Positions 12,678 to 26,718 of a stretch of 64,000 nucleotides of DNA are shown here, one piece after another. The position numbers and the translations under genes are program-made. The notes beneath the pieces are model-generated. The model made no database searches. It saw only the letters and a list, made by a program, of their open reading frames with translations, and had not been told where the DNA came from. Source of the DNA: Rhina ancylostomus (taxonomy: Eukaryota). How positions within the stretch are numbered: the first letter of the stretch is position 1; each line of letters begins with the position of its first letter. The DNA is taken from positions 88,166,273 through 88,230,272 of the forward strand of contig JARFYF010000084.1 in the NCBI GenBank assembly GCA_030265395.1, written 5' to 3'.

Positions 12678-14982
12678 GTACATATTATTGGTGATGGTAT
12701 GTGTTTGTGGCCCTTTGGCTATCTTAGAGTGAATCTAGTTATGAAGGCTGTAACAGACTTGCTCCACTGTTAACATATTGCATTTGATTATAATACTATT
12801 CCAGGATGTCAGGTGTTATTAAAGGGTTAAGTGAATTTTTATGGATGTATATAATAGCTTTTAATCTGTCAATTTTTATTTGCTGTTGACAACTTCCTGG
12901 TTTTCTGTCACTATGCCTCTGCCAAGTATCCACCTTTCTACTCTGCATACATTTGGTAGGATGCAATCATCTTTCTCCAATTGCTGTAGTGCATACAAAA
13001 TCACCTAGGCAGAGCACCAAGTGGAAAATCAGTATTAAGCAGAGAGACATTTTTCAGCAATTTAACACCTGGGTGGAAAAGCCAACAGATTAGTTGCATG
13101 CTTCTGATCCTACATGACTGAAAATCCTCCATTGACTGTCCCAATGATCATTTATCTCCATTGCAACAATAGTTCCTTTCAGATGTGTCTTACATAACAT
13201 CAACAAATTATCATGTCTTGGTGAGCTCTGATCACTGATTTGTTTGTCATACATTATATTGTTCTCATTCCTTAATGGCCCCTCTCCCAATTTCTAATCA
13301 GATGCCCAACATGCATTCCATCAAAAAAATTGATGGGAATAATAGGCCTACATATGTCTGAATCTTACATTCCTAAGTTNNNNNNNNNNNNNNNNNNNNN
13401 NNNNNNNNNNNNNNNNNNNNNNNNNNNNCATCAGATTTTTGAAATTCATTGGGATGTTAATGATGAACTTTTGTTATTGTGAGACAAATAACAAGAGATG
13501 GGAGACTTGCCCAGTAATCTGAACAATTGGTAACTCATGAAGCATCTTTTATTTGCCACAAATTGCCGAGTTACTTAAGCACTAATAACCGGAGGTACCT
13601 CACTGTTATTTTTCCGCAGATTCTACGCCATGACAAAATGTTGACAGGAAATGTGTACAGATCTTTCATACAGATATCTATTTCGTCTCAACAAATTATA
13701 CAAATACTTCCTGTCTTTGCCCCTTGAATTCCTGATGTCACATTTTGTCATATTATTTCAGCAAATTTAAATTCCTGCTCACTTGTTCTGTTCAAATGGA
13801 ATGGATCCATTTTCTGCCAGTTCCTATCAATTCCTGATTTTAGATTCCATAGGTTTGGGCAGTGACATTTTGAGCAAGGCCTCAATGGGCAAATCCATTC
13901 AGTCCTTTTCAGCTGAGCTGAATCAGGTCACAAGCTGGTGATCAAGACAAAATGCTTCTCCTAGTAAATATTAAAAATATCCTCTGAGCAGCTCAGGAGA
14001 AGAAATAAAATCACTTTCACTTGCATATTGGAAATGTATAGTGATTAACAAGTTAATATTCAAATGCTAGTCATGGTAATGGCTGGCATTGGTAATCTCA
14101 TTATGAAAAAAAAATTACTGGGGCTATCTGAAGGTAGAATAGTTATCATTCAAAGACTATTTTACTTGAGATTAAATGGAAAAATGCTTTTGAAAAGCTG
14201 TTTATTTTATGAAGAACCCTTCTGAAGATTCTAATTTTCTTCCCATCTGACATCAGTTTGCTTGTTGACCTTTTAAAACTGTGAATAACTACATAAACTG
14301 AAAGCATAAACATAAATCGATTCTGAAAATCAGATTTCGCTAGTAGAAGGAAGATATCTGATAGATATACTACTTGTGTGAACTAGCGAGAAACTAGAAA
14401 TACAATAGAAAACATACAAGTCATGTTACTTTTTCTCCTCGGTTATACTGAAAACAACCAAATCAAAACTGAATCTACTGTAACCACAGTAAATGCCTCC
14501 TACATAGTGACTACTGAGAGTTTGCTAATTTAGTAGTCACTACTGAAAACTAACAATAGATGAGATTAATAATACTCATTTGGGCGATCAGCTGTTTTAT
14601 TCTTTCATACATTCTACTTGTCACTTTAATTGGATGCATAGAACCAATTATTGGAAATGGCACTTCTTTTGCAGGACATAGACCTACGATTTATGTGCTG
14701 CAAGCTGACCCACAAATTTTGCTGAATTATCTTAATTCTGAAATGAGCCAACGCAATAAAAATCCTAATAACCTCAGTCATTTTGCCAAAAGATGTTCAA
14801 GAGCATCTTCTATTGAATCTTATATGTTTGTAGCATTACTTGAGAGCATTCACCTGCACTCTCTCAAGTTTCCATGTCATTTTTGGAAACAAAAAATCTA
14901 AAACATTGATATCAATATGGTTTTACAGAATGACCCAAAAATAACTACCATGGGATATTAAAGTAAAACACCACAGGTACTA

Positions 14983-15200
14983 GAAACAAAAGCAGAACAT
15001 GCTGAAAATAGTCAGCAAATGAGCTGACTTCAGTGGGGGGGGGGGGGGGGGGGNNNNNNGGTTGTTGACATTTAATTGGCAATCTATATGAACTGTCAAC
15101 AGAATTCTGATGGCAGATTATTGACCTGGAATGTAAATTTTGTATTTCTTTCCACAGATCTTCTTGACCTCCTGAATATTTCCAATATTTTCTGGTCTTA
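14983..15200. repeat. Palindromic (MITE-like) repeat made of Penelope terminal sequence
   Basis: Left arm gcagaacatgctgaaaatagtcagca pairs with right arm ttgacctcctgaatatttccaatattttctg. Same family as the 26.5, 41.0 and 50.4 kb copies. Contains poly-G and a small gap. Confidence 0.6.
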
Positions 15201-16350
15201 TTGCTGAATGGGCCGAATGGCCTAATTCTGCTCCAATGTCTTATGGTCCTATGGAGGTCTTCCAGCAGGTGCAAGTATGTATGTTTCTGGAACTGACAAT
15301 TCCAGCAACTCTAAAATAGCGCAACATCAATGGACTTTGTATTTGTAAAGAATATTTCAATTTTCAGGCAATAAATAAAGTAAAATTAATTTGCTTGAAG
15401 TGGTTTCAATTGCACTCAATTGGTTAAACATAGAACATCACAAAGTGAACCAGAAGGGGCTCTTTATGAATACATTATCAAATTAATTATTGTTTTATCA
15501 GTTTAGCAACTGGCACCACTGTAATTTAAGTGCACCACTCCATCTGGCAGATGTCAAGATCTCAAGGTTTTAGTGATTAGGAAGTTGAGGAAGGATGCCA
15601 TGAAACAAACCATCCTGATTTCAAATGGGTTATACTTTCATTTGCCATGTTCCTTCATATCTCTTTCCCAAGAACGGAATATGCATCCACCTGCAGACAG
15701 CCAAATCAAAAGATCTGTCTTTATTTTCTAGAGGATAACCAAATTGATCTTCAATCATTAAAAGGGCATCTTCAAAATACTATTGCAGCTCTCTGCTGGT
15801 ATAGAACAGTAGCCATTTGCTGTTTGCAGATTATTTTTGTTTTACGTTGATAACAGAACATTAAGTTTACTTTTTGTTAAAGGAATGTTTGAAATTTGTA
15901 GTATTATCTTGCACTCTAGCAAGCCGCTCTAATGTTTTAAGTCATTTAAAAATTATTGCTGTTGATGATCCAACATGCATGTTTTCAATGGGTTAGTATA
16001 GGCATGCATCAAAGCCCTAACACTCACAATCTGCATTGATCTGAAGAGGCAATGTAACCACAGCTCATCTTACTGTTACTGAATGCAGAGTAGTTGCATT
16101 GCAACAAGAAATAACTATTGGAACTAGACCAGCTAGTTTAGGCATCTTTTTGGTATCTTTTTCAGCTTAATCTAGAGAAGTTTAATATTAGAGATGTTTG
16201 CAGTTAATTGTAATAGTAATTGCATGTTTAGGTTAAGAATTCTGTACCTAATAATATGTTACTGTTATTAAAATGTCAAATAAAAACAGGATGCTAGTTT
16301 TGCCAATGAGATTTTTTTATGCCTTTCCCAATTTTGTTTCTTTATGTTTC

Positions 16351-16426
16351 TGTCATGGTTCTGAGTTCTGGCCCTCATTTGGCTCTATTAATGCCTTGTT
16401 GTCCAGCACATGGATTCCATGCTGGA
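16351..16426 (+). mobile_element. LTR 5' end (family B), running into an N gap
   Basis: tgtcatggttctgagttctggccc...ttccatgctgga matches the start of the element at 51867. Confidence 0.75.
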
Positions 16427-17870
16427 NNNNNNNNNNNNNNNNNNNNNNNNNNNNNNNNNNNNNNNNNNNNNNNNNNNNNNNNNNNNNNNNNNNNNNNNNN
16501 NNNNNNNNNNNNNNNNNNNNNNNNNNNNNNNNNNNNNNNNNNNNNNNNNNNNNNNNNNNNNNNNNNNNNNNNNNNNNNNNNNNNNNNNNNNNNNNNNNNN
16601 NNNNNNNNNNNNNNNNNNNNNNNNNNNNNNNNNNNNNNNNNNNNNNNNNNNNNNNNNNNNNNNNNNNNNNNNNNNNNNNNNNNNNNNNNNNNNNNNNNNN
16701 NNNNNNNNNNNNNNNNNNNNNNNNNNNNNNNNNNNNNNNNNNNNNNNNNNNNNNNNNNNNNNNNNNNNNNNNNNNNNNNNNNNNNNNNNNNNNNNNNNNN
16801 NNNNNNNNNNNNNNNNNNNNNNNNNNNNNNNNNNNNNNNNNNNNNNNNNNNCTAAAGCAACCTTCCTGTCGACTAACTAAAAAAAACCAGAAGTGGTTCT
16901 GAGACACTTACGGAAGGAAGTATACCACCAGTTTTCTTTCAGGCCATGCAGATATTCTGGCTGTTTTGAATAGCTATATTTAGAATGTTTGTTTGAGCTT
17001 TATTTTTCTTTTAAACATCAATATGATGCTCTTAATGTTACCAACTAAAAATACAAATATTTTTACTATACTCGAAACCTTTAGGGAATCGCCAGTACCA
17101 AGCAATTCCATGATGATTTGATATGTTTAATAACTGTTTTGAAAATATATGGAGCATGCATCTCCAATTTATGTTACTGCATTACTGCAGCATTGCTCAA
17201 TAACCATAGTTGCACTACAGCACCAAGCCTGATGAACAAACATGTTGAGACCATTCAGATGTAGAAAGATAGTTAAGGAAGGAAATCTGGCAAGTTGAAC
17301 AACAGAGGACTTCAATTGGAATGAACCAATCCCATTCCTACAGAATACCTGACTACACAGCAATCAATTTGCATGAAAATTGATAAGTGACATGAATGCC
17401 ATTGGCCAATTAGTTAGCTGGAAGCTAGTAAGAGCAGGTCAGGCCAATCAGAAGTATAAGAATGGATTTTGGCTCAGTAGACTTAATATTATGTCCATTG
17501 TCTATATGTACTTATAATCTTGTAATCTGAAGTTATTTTGAATTTGAAGGCAATGAGGTACATCATTCACAAGAATGACAAGTCAAGGCAATTCTTTTCT
17601 ACATCAAAATAGGGTTCAGAAAGATTTACAAATGTTCCTAAATACTTTCCCATATGTCATGAAGATATATGAAAATCTGAACTCTAATCTTTAAATATTT
17701 AAAATATCATTTCATGGGAAATATCAAAATCACAGTGGGTATATTTATGGTTATGGGATACAATTAGATCTGTTACATGCATAAAAGCGGAACAGAGTTA
17801 TTTGGCTGATGCTATTTAGCATAGCTTCTGATCAGCGCCAAACATGGGATTCTTTCTTCTTTTCATGGAG

Positions 17871-18501
17871 AAATCCATGAAATCCAAAGTGAACTTTTTC
17901 ATGGACAAAGTGAACTCCACCAGATTACTCTCAACATGCCACACATACACTATCTTAAAGGAACCTCACTAATTGTAACCTAGTCCGTAACATTCGAAGG
18001 AGGCCGGGCTCACCAGGGAGAAGCAGATCAGGAACAATTGTAACCTAGTCCGTAACAACCAAACTCAGACCCTGTTTTCCTCCTCAGGTCACCGACAGTG
18101 AACTCCACCGGATTACTCTCAACAATCCATTGTAGCCAAGAGGTTAAATTGAAGGTCTAGTAGTTCAAATCCAGATACAATAATTGTGACTGTCACTGGA
18201 ATCCACGTATGGATTGTTGNNNNNNNNNNNNNNNNNNNNNNNNNNNNNNNNNNNNNNNNNNNNNNNNNNNNNNNNNNNNNNNNNNNNNNNNNNNNNNNNN
18301 NNNNNNNNNNNNNNNNNNNCACTGGAATCCACGTATGGATTGTTGAGAGTAATCTGGTGGAGTTCACTTTGTCGGTGACCTGTGGAGGAAAACAGGGTCT
18401 GAGTTTGGTTGTTACGGACTAGGTTACAATTGTTCCTGATCTGCTTCTCCCTTCTGAGCCCGGCCTCCATACGTGGATTCCAGTGACAGTCACAGTTATT
18501 G
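17871..18501. repeat. Nested inverted-repeat mosaic
   Basis: 17999-18130 is the reverse complement of 18335-18468. 18178-18213 is the reverse complement of 18466-18501. 17935-17992 is an inverted copy of the 5' end of the LTR at 18794. Confidence 0.9.
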
Positions 18502-18521
18502 TTTCTCATCCATCAACAAGA

Positions 18522-18793
18522 AATCAAATCCCACAATGGCAACCAGGGGAATTTAAATTCATCTAATTAAATAAAATGTGGGATTTAAATATTAAGTTAG
18601 TTTCTGACATGATGGCTATGAAACTACCAGATTATTGTAAAGGCCTATTTAGTTCACTAATGCCCTTCAGAGAAAACATTCTGCTGTCCTTACCTGGTCA
18701 GGGCTATGAGCATCTCCAAACCTGTCAATGTGGTTGATTCCTAATCATTTCCTAAACTGGGGACAACAAATGCCAACATTGCCAGTGACATGC
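18522..18793 (+). mobile_element. tRNA-type SINE with a LINE-derived tail, interrupted by a solo LTR
   Basis: B-box-like tcaaatccc, body gttcactaatgcccttcag...ccttacctggtc. The tail aaatgccaacattgccagtgacatgc resumes after 19314 (acatcctatgcacaaataaa) and resembles 52620-52678. Confidence 0.6.
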
Positions 18794-18842
18794 TGTTACA
18801 GACTAGGTTAAAATTAGTAAGGTTCCTTTAAGAGTGTGTGTG

Positions 18843-18880
<38 letters not shown>

Positions 18881-19314
18881 AGTGTGTGTGTGTGTGTGTG
18901 AGTGTGTGTGGCATGCTTACGTCAACAGAAGATAAAGAACGTCATGACGTTGTTGAAACAACCAGTTGGAGTCAGTCTGAAGAAGAGAGAGAGACACAAG
19001 AAGAATGAGAGAGTGAGAGACATCAGCCTGCTTGTTTTCTCNNNNNNNNNNNNNNNNNNNNNNNNNNNNNNNNNNNNNNNNNNNNNNNNNNNNNNNNNNN
19101 NNNNNNNNNNNNNNNNNNNNNNNNNNNNNNNNNNNNNNNNNGGAATTTGCCACACACACACGACAAGTTTAGTTAGTTTTGGGGTTAATGTTCAAGGTTT
19201 AACATTTTTACTTCTAACTTTTATTTTACTTATTATCATAAGTAGTTATTAATAAAGTAGTTTTAAACACTGAATCATGACTCAGTATGTTTCTTTTGTT
19301 GCTGGTTCGTAACA
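18794..19314 (+). mobile_element. Solo LTR (family A) with a 5-bp target-site duplication
   Basis: Termini TGTTAC...GTAACA. CATGC is duplicated at 18789-18793 and 19315-19319. AATAAA near 19251 and an internal (GT)n tract. Confidence 0.88.
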
Positions 19315-19944
19315 CATGCACATCCTATGCACAAATAAACTGAAGAGTATTTGTATGATATTAGACAACTTTACCTCTGATCAGAATGATCACAAGGTGT
19401 ACCTAAATTAATTGGACCGTTACACATTATTTAGTTACATATGAAATATAGATGTAGCACACTATTTTAATATTGAGAAAAAAATCATTAACGTCCTCAA
19501 AGAAGTCCCATGAAACATTATCTTCTCATTTCTCATCATCTGTTTTTAAAACTTTTTTTTCCTGTTTTAAACTTTTAAAACTCAGAAATGGTTGATAAAC
19601 TTGAGCTTCTGTTTATATACGTAAAATTCAGAATGAACCAAGAACAATTGTTTCTGATATTAGAAAATAAAAGATCTAGTACATAAAACTTTCTTTAAAA
19701 ATGCTCAGTAGCAGAATATGCAATAATGTTTTATTGTGAAATATAATCTAAGCACTGAGTTGATAATTGGACACATACCTGTTTATTGCCAATTATTATT
19801 TTACTGCCTGATGTGACAGCCCACTGGCTTCCTCCATTGCTTTAAATTGCTTTAATTCTGTGAAATAAGGATGTATTTTGTACAATGAATAACTTCCATG
19901 TTGAATAATGAATTAAAAATCTTGGAATGCTAATGCTGACACCA

Positions 19945-20593
19945 AAGGAGTTTGAGGAGATTTGGTACATCACCAAAGGCTCTTACAAATGTCTACAGAT
20001 GTACAGTGGAGAGCATTCTGACTAGTTGCATCACAGCCTGATATGGAGGCTCCCATGCACAGGATCACAAGAGGATGCAGAGGGTTAGAGATTCAGCCAG
20101 TTCCATCATGCACACAACGCTCCCAACCATCGAGGACATGCTAAAGAGGTAGTGCCTCAAGAAGGCAGCATCTATCATAAAGGACCCTCACCATCTGGGA
20201 CGTGCCCTCTTCTCATTACTACCACTGGGAAGGAGGTACAGGAGCCTGAAGATCCAAACTCAATGGTTCAGGAACAGCTTCTTCCCCTCTGCCGTCAGAT
20301 TTCTGAACAATCCATGAACNNNNNNNNNNNNNNNNNNNNNNNNNNNNNNNNNNNNNNNNNNNNNNNNNNNNNNNNNNNNNNNNNNNNNNNNNNNNNNNNN
20401 NNNNNNNNNNNNNNNNNNNCGTCAGATTTCTGAACAATCCATGAACCTATGAACACTACCTCACTATTCCTTTTTTTGCACTATTTATTTAGTTTTGTAA
20501 TTTATAGATTTTATGTCTTTGCCCTGTACTGCTGCCACAAAATGTTAAATCTCATATCACGTGTCAGTGATAATAAATCTGATTCTGATCTGA
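19945..20593 (+). mobile_element. Rex1/Babar-like LINE 3' fragment
   Basis: Encodes YRCTVESILT.CITAWYG and KAASIIKDPHH; ends aataaatctgattctgatctgat. Homologous to the element at 28419-30522. Confidence 0.8.
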
Positions 20594-22549
20594 TCAGCAG
20601 CACTGGAAAATTAGGTAACTTCAGCATCAGTATAAATATGCCAAGAATAGATTCAAACTTCTGGGATCATCATTGCAATGTATTTCAACTGGAACTATTA
20701 GAAACTCCTAATAGGGAAGACTTGGGTTCAAAGGGAGATTACCATGTGGGGGTGTGCTACTGTTTTTGGTTGCAGGTAAAGCCCCACACCTTACAGCTGG
20801 CTATTCTTAATTACTACTTGCTGTTACACAGGGAACTAAAACCTCAATTTCTTTCATATTTTATACTATTTATAATTATCAAAGTACTTGTTCCATCCTT
20901 GTGTACATAAAGACAAAATATCACAAGGTCAGCTTTGAACTTGGCTATTAATGCTTTTGAGTTGAGGCCAGTGTTGAATACCGAAGTTTATATACAGTTG
21001 TATCTTAACCTTCATTGACAGAAGATAATTCACTTTTATGTGATAGATATTGTTCCATTAATGAAGGATGATTATCAAATTATTAAACTATTGTACAGAG
21101 ATATGGGGAATGAAACATGGTAATATATGAAGAAGAACTTGATAAAAGTGCCATCATGTGACTGACAACCATTGAGAGTAAAATGGGAAAGGCCAGACTT
21201 GCCTTTCCTTTGTATTGGACTCATTCTTACTCAAACTTACTTACCCACCAAGAATAATGAACAGCTTAAAATTGCAAACCTCACCTCAGAAAAAACAATT
21301 TCTGGGTCATATTTTTTGATCCTTAGTCTGATGAATCATAAAACCATGCCATTTTTTTTTAAACCTTTGGAATATTTGTAGAAATAGGGTTCATTCACAC
21401 CAGGGAACAGTAGTAACAGTAAAAGAAAGGTAAATTCTTTCTTTACACCCAGTGTAAAAGACCTCACAATTCCACTNNNNNNNNNNNNNNNNNNNNNNNN
21501 NNNNNNNNNNNNNNNNNNNNNNNNNNNNNNNNNNNNNNNNNNNNNNNNNNNNNNNNNNNNNNNNNNNNNNNNNNNNCAATTCCAATGCTTTGAACTTTAA
21601 TGCCAGAAACTATATACCTTTTTAATGTAATGAAGAATGAAGGACTGAATAAATTCAGGCCATAGTCATTGCTGTCAAAGGCATTGTAGTTTTTTTTAAA
21701 TACAGCTCTAGTTACTCATTTATAAAGTCTAGATTGGCAATTAGAAGTTAATTTCATCAGTATATCAAGAGTTAAATAAAGCTGTGCCGTAATTCATTCT
21801 ACAAAAAATAATAACAATATAAATTAGATTTTTTTCTTGGGTCATAAAGGCTGCCAATAAACACATATTTACATGACTCTATTTCAACAATGCTACATGA
21901 TTCTCCCCCTAAACAGAGTACTATTTTAATATGGTGCTATCTTGTTCTGAACTTTCCCTCCAGGGAAAATCGTGTCACTATACCCACCTAATGAAATATT
22001 TTAAGAACTTTGAACACCTCAATTAAATCACCCCACAACCTTATGAACTCATACACCCCAAACTTATGTAATACGTCCTCATAATCAGCCCTTTGATTTC
22101 AAGTCTCATCGGCAGTAGGTCATCACAGAGCTGATGGCAGAGTTGGCTTACTTGCTGCAAGGATACCCTCAGCCAGCAGAAGAATGATCCAACATTGCAA
22201 GTTAAAGGAACCAGACTTTTTTTTTGGCTAGCGAACCTGGCTGAACTACTACTATCTGTAGAGGCATATGCAGGATTTTAAAACTCTTCCTACAACATCT
22301 GTACTTCCTCACTGCTATTGGAAAAATGTGTTTGCATACATATCAACAGATTATCAGGGAAGGGGGTTTAGAAAAGGACATGCCTCAGCTTCCCCCACCT
22401 TGCACACGTCCTGTTCATCTGAAGNNNNNNNNNNNNNNNNNNNNNNNNNNNNNNNNNNNNNNNNNNNNNNNNNNNNNNNNNNNNNNNNNGTAGTTTCATC
22501 TCCTTTTGCACCATCACCAAACAGCCACATTACCTGAAATGCAAAGAAT

Positions 22550-22830
22550 CATTCAGGGTAAAAGCCACTTGTTTCTCCCTGCCATTGCCATGCACCTCAT
22601 GGGCGTGCACAGCCACACCAACTCCTCAAGGTCACAAACGACACTCTTTTGGACAGTTTTGATTGTGACAGTATAAGCAAATGCTGCCAACAGGAATGTA
22701 GGAAGCTCTAAGATAATGTACATGGCCAGCACTGGGCCCTGTATCCAGGTCTGAGAAATGCTTGTAGAAACACAATGCAGGCTGCAAGGCAAATCTGCAA
22801 ATGTTATGTTCCACAACCCACATCATCCCC
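22550..22830 (-). mobile_element. Possible PIF/Harbinger (HARBI1-like) transposase remnant
   Basis: The minus strand gives WLCTPMR (compare WLMTP.R) downstream of a decayed PG..HD..IL-like region. Very degenerate. Confidence 0.3.
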
Positions 22831-24296
22831 AGTGTTATGGACCAAATCCTTCATATAACATGCCCCCACCAATTGCTAGTCTGCTAATATATTCCCCATA
22901 ATATGCCTAACTGTCAGCTCAACACCATCTGATTTGTCAATGAGCCAACCTGACCCACCTCATGATTTCCCCCACCTTGGCCACGGATCTGGTGTTCCAC
23001 AAACACTCTCCCTCATCCCTGGGTGCATGACCAGCTATACAGGGCTGCAGCTGCCAAGTGCCCCAGAAATCTCCATCTTTCCTCGACTCTCTTCCCCCAC
23101 CCCAACCCCATCAACAGGCCTCAGCCCAACAAACCCTATGCTGCCTGCATCAACCATCTTTCAGTGTGTCCTCTACAGCATGCAATGCTTTGGACCAACA
23201 CTGGGGCCTTAACCAAAATGTTCACTGGATCACTCCCCACCCCCCTCCTCTACCCCTCATCCAACCCCACAACTAACCTATCTTTGGCAATAATATTCAA
23301 CTTTGTCCTAGGATCCTGATTTTAACCTAACTCTCCCAACAAAAAAGTTAATGGTGTGTAAAGACAGACTGTGTGTAAATGGGCCATCCCACATAAATGA
23401 AGCTGAATTTTGAAAGGAAGGTTATTTTAAAATTGTGCTCTTTGTTCCAATGGACCAATGTTTGAATCGCTATTGAAGAAAGGAGAAGGAAAAAAATGTG
23501 AGAAGACAAGAGAAAAGCAAGAAGAGGATCAGAAAACAGAAGAGAAGCAGCTTGAGTTTAAGGGAAAGGGAATTGAGAAATGATTTAGAGAATGTCTTCA
23601 ACAGAAGTGATGAATATAAGAACATCAGAAATAGAAACAGGAGTAGGCCATTCACCCCACATGCCTGCTCCGCTATTCAATAAGATGATAACTGACCTTT
23701 TACCTCAGCACCACTTTCCTGTACTAACCCTCATCCCTTAATATTAATAAATAAATCAACCTCTGAAGGAACTGAGCCTCCAGTCCTGCTAGGCATGGAA
23801 TTCCAAAGGTTTACTCTCCTCTGGGTGAAGAAACTTCTTCTCATTTCAATCCTGAATGATCAACCCCTGATTTTGAGATGGTGACCTCTGGTTCTAGACA
23901 TCTTAATTACAGGAAGCATCATCTCTCCATCGACCCTGTCAAACCCTGACAAATTTTGTGTTTCAGTTAGATCAGCTTTCATACTTCTATGCTTGACAGT
24001 ATAGGCCCAGTCTACTTAATCTCTCCTCAAGGCACAAGTCCTGGGAATACACCTGGTAAACTTTTGTTGCACTCCTATCCTTCCCTAGGTAGTGAGACCA
24101 GATGTGTACACAGTATTCCAGAAACAGTCTTACCAGGGCCCTGTATAATCAATATAAGATGTCTTTACTCTTGTACTCAAGTCCTCTTGTAATTAAGGAG
24201 AACATATCATTTGCTTCCCTAATTGCTTAGTGTATCTGTTTGCTAACTTTTGGTAATTCATCTGCAAGGACATCCTTTCAATCTCTTATCATTTAC

Positions 24297-24935
24297 AATA
24301 TCTTTCTTCGGTGTCTGATAAGATTTGGCTTGTCTGTGAGGATTCTCTCGAATTTCTTCAGATGTGCTGTCGAAAGCATCCTGATGGGTTACATCTCAGC
24401 TTGGTATGGCAACTGCTCTGCTCATGACTGGCTGAAGTTGCAGGGAGGGGTAATCACTGCCCAGTCTATCACAGGCTTATCACTTCCTTCCATCTGGTCC
24501 ATCTCATGGGGTGTTGCTTCAGGAAGACTAATAGTCTCGTCAAGGATGCCTGCCATCACAGCTGTTCACTTTGCTCTCTTATATCAGTGGAGAAGAAACT
24601 GTTCTTGAGTCTGGCTACCTGGGCTTTCAAGCTCTTGTATCATCTTCAAGAAGGTAGAACCAATCACCTCTTTCAAATCCCCTTTCCCAGTGGTGCTGCT
24701 ACATTCTCAGACTCTTAATTCTACCTCTCCTGATTAGTCCATTGATAACACTTTCACATTTCTTTTTGCACTACTTCAGATATGCACTACTATCTTTGCA
24801 CCATTCTGCTGTTTTGTGCTCATTGCTGTTCTTATTGTTGTACTTATTTTTACCATGTATACTGTTTGCTCTTTGAGCGTCATGCAAGCAAGGAATTTTA
24901 TTGCACTCTCATGTACAAGACAATAAACTAATGTG
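24297..24935 (+). mobile_element. Rex1/Babar-like LINE 3' fragment
   Basis: ORF 24240-24608 reads ILSNFFRCAVESILMGYISAWYGNCSAHD..KLQ..VITAQSITG; ends caataaact. Confidence 0.75.
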
Positions 24936-25028
24936 AGATGTTTCTGATATCTTGTGCTTTCCTTTNNNNNNNNNNNNNNNNNNNNNNNNNNNNNNNNNNN
25001 NNNNNNNNNNNNNNNNNNNNNNATTGTT

Positions 25029-25099
25029 ATGGAATCCATGTGCTGGACAACAAGGCATTAATGGAGCCAAATTGAGGGCCAGAACTCAGAACCATGACA
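25029..25099 (-). mobile_element. LTR 5' end (family B), next to a gap
   Basis: Near-exact reverse complement of 16351-16421, ending ccatgaca. Confidence 0.75.
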
Positions 25100-26509
25100 T
25101 CATCAGCAAGCTTACATTACAATTAGTCCACTCATTCAAATCATTGATACTGATTGTTGGAGCCCCATCACCAACCTCAGGGCACCCCACTCGTCACAGC
25201 CTGGAAACCTGAAAATTACCCATTTATTCCTATTACATTTCATCTGCAAACCAATCCACAAATCACACCAGTATATTAACCCCTATTCTATGTCTTATGT
25301 TTTTGTATAATAACCTCTTGTATGGAACTTATCAAAGGCATACTGAACACACAAATACACTACATCCACTGCTTTCCAACTTTTGCTAGTTACAACCTCA
25401 AAACACTCTAACATATTTATTAATCTCAATTTTCTTTTCATAAATCCATATTCTCCTTGGCCAATTCTATCAGAATGTTCTAAGGACTCTGTTATCATTT
25501 CCTTAATAGTAAGTTCTAGCAACCCACATTAAATTAATTTTTATTAATCTTTTTCTTTTTACTTGGCTATAAAAGCTTTTACAGTCTTTTATTTTTCTCA
25601 TTGGATTATTCTCACATTGTAATTTCCCTTTCTTTATCAATGTCTTGGTCTTATAAGGTTCCCAATCTGCCATTGGCAATTCATGACTCAAAGTTGCTCA
25701 GTTGGCTTTGTTTAGATTAAAGACCCTGATTGCAGTTTGAATTAAGTCACTTTCAATCTTTATATAAATGTCTATCACATTATGCTCACTCTTCCGTAAA
25801 AGGTCATTTAACTACCAGATATTTGTTTACGTTGTCATCAAAAAATACTAGTTCTTCATTCTTCAGCATACTGCATTAGGAAACAATCTCTTGCACACTC
25901 TACATATTCATTTTGTATACCAGCCCTGCTAATTTGGTTTGCCCAGTCTATATGTAAAGTCCCCCATGATTATTGTAATACTCTTGTTGCATAAACCTCT
26001 ATTTTCATTACTTATACAATGTCCTACATGACCACTACTGTTGAGGGCCCATTAATGTTTTCTACCCCATTCTTTTTCTTAACTTTATCCAAACTGATTC
26101 TTCTTCTGAGGTACTGCCCTTATCCCATTCTTTATTATCAGGGCTATCCTTTCTACTACTCTGTTTTTCCAATCTCTTCTAAAATGTACGTATCCTTAAA
26201 TAACGTTCCTGAATATCAGCTTTTGACTGTAGCCTGTCCCACTAAAGTCACCATCTGAGTCCTCCACAAAAGCTCTCGTGTGTCATCTTGTCTCCAGGAA
26301 GATGGGACCTGAACTATCCCTTACACCCGCCCTGACAGCAGCCACTCAGGCCCTGTTTCACCACATTTAGATTTTATTTCTAAGCTACCCTCCAGAAAAA
26401 ACTCCACTAATTGGGCTGAAGGTGGACAGTGTCAACTTGAGTGACAGGAAGTTTTCTTCATTAATGCTCTCTCACCTAACAGCCCTGACTAAGCCACTAG
26501 AGAGTTCTT

Positions 26510-26718
26510 AAATAAAAACAGAAAATCCTGGAAATATTCAGCAGGTCAGACTGCATCTATGGGAAGAGAAACAGAGTCAACATTTCAGATCTAAGACCTT
26601 TTGGCATAACCGTTAATCGACCTGAAACTTGTACTGTCTTCCCACAGATGAGGCCTGACCTGCTAAGTATTTCCAGCATTTTTTTAATTTTAGATTTCTA
26701 CTGTCTACAGGATTTTTT
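26510..26718. repeat. Palindromic (MITE-like) repeat made of Penelope terminal sequence
   Basis: ctggaaatattcagcaggtcagactgcatct pairs with agatgaggcctgacctgctaagtatttccag. Confidence 0.75.

Larger units (their letters stand above)
23616..26200 (-). mobile_element. Old CR1 LINE interrupted by younger insertions at about 24297-25100
   Basis: Tail ataagaac at 23616. ORF 25295-25522 gives GFMKRK..L.NMLE.FE.VTS...VDVVYL..Q.AFDK, and 25503-25691 gives KSFYSQVKRKR. Confidence 0.75.

Noticed and set aside
18131-18172. A-box/B-box-like motifs suggesting a tRNA gene
   Set aside because: The spacing is too short and no cloverleaf forms; at most a SINE-head fragment.
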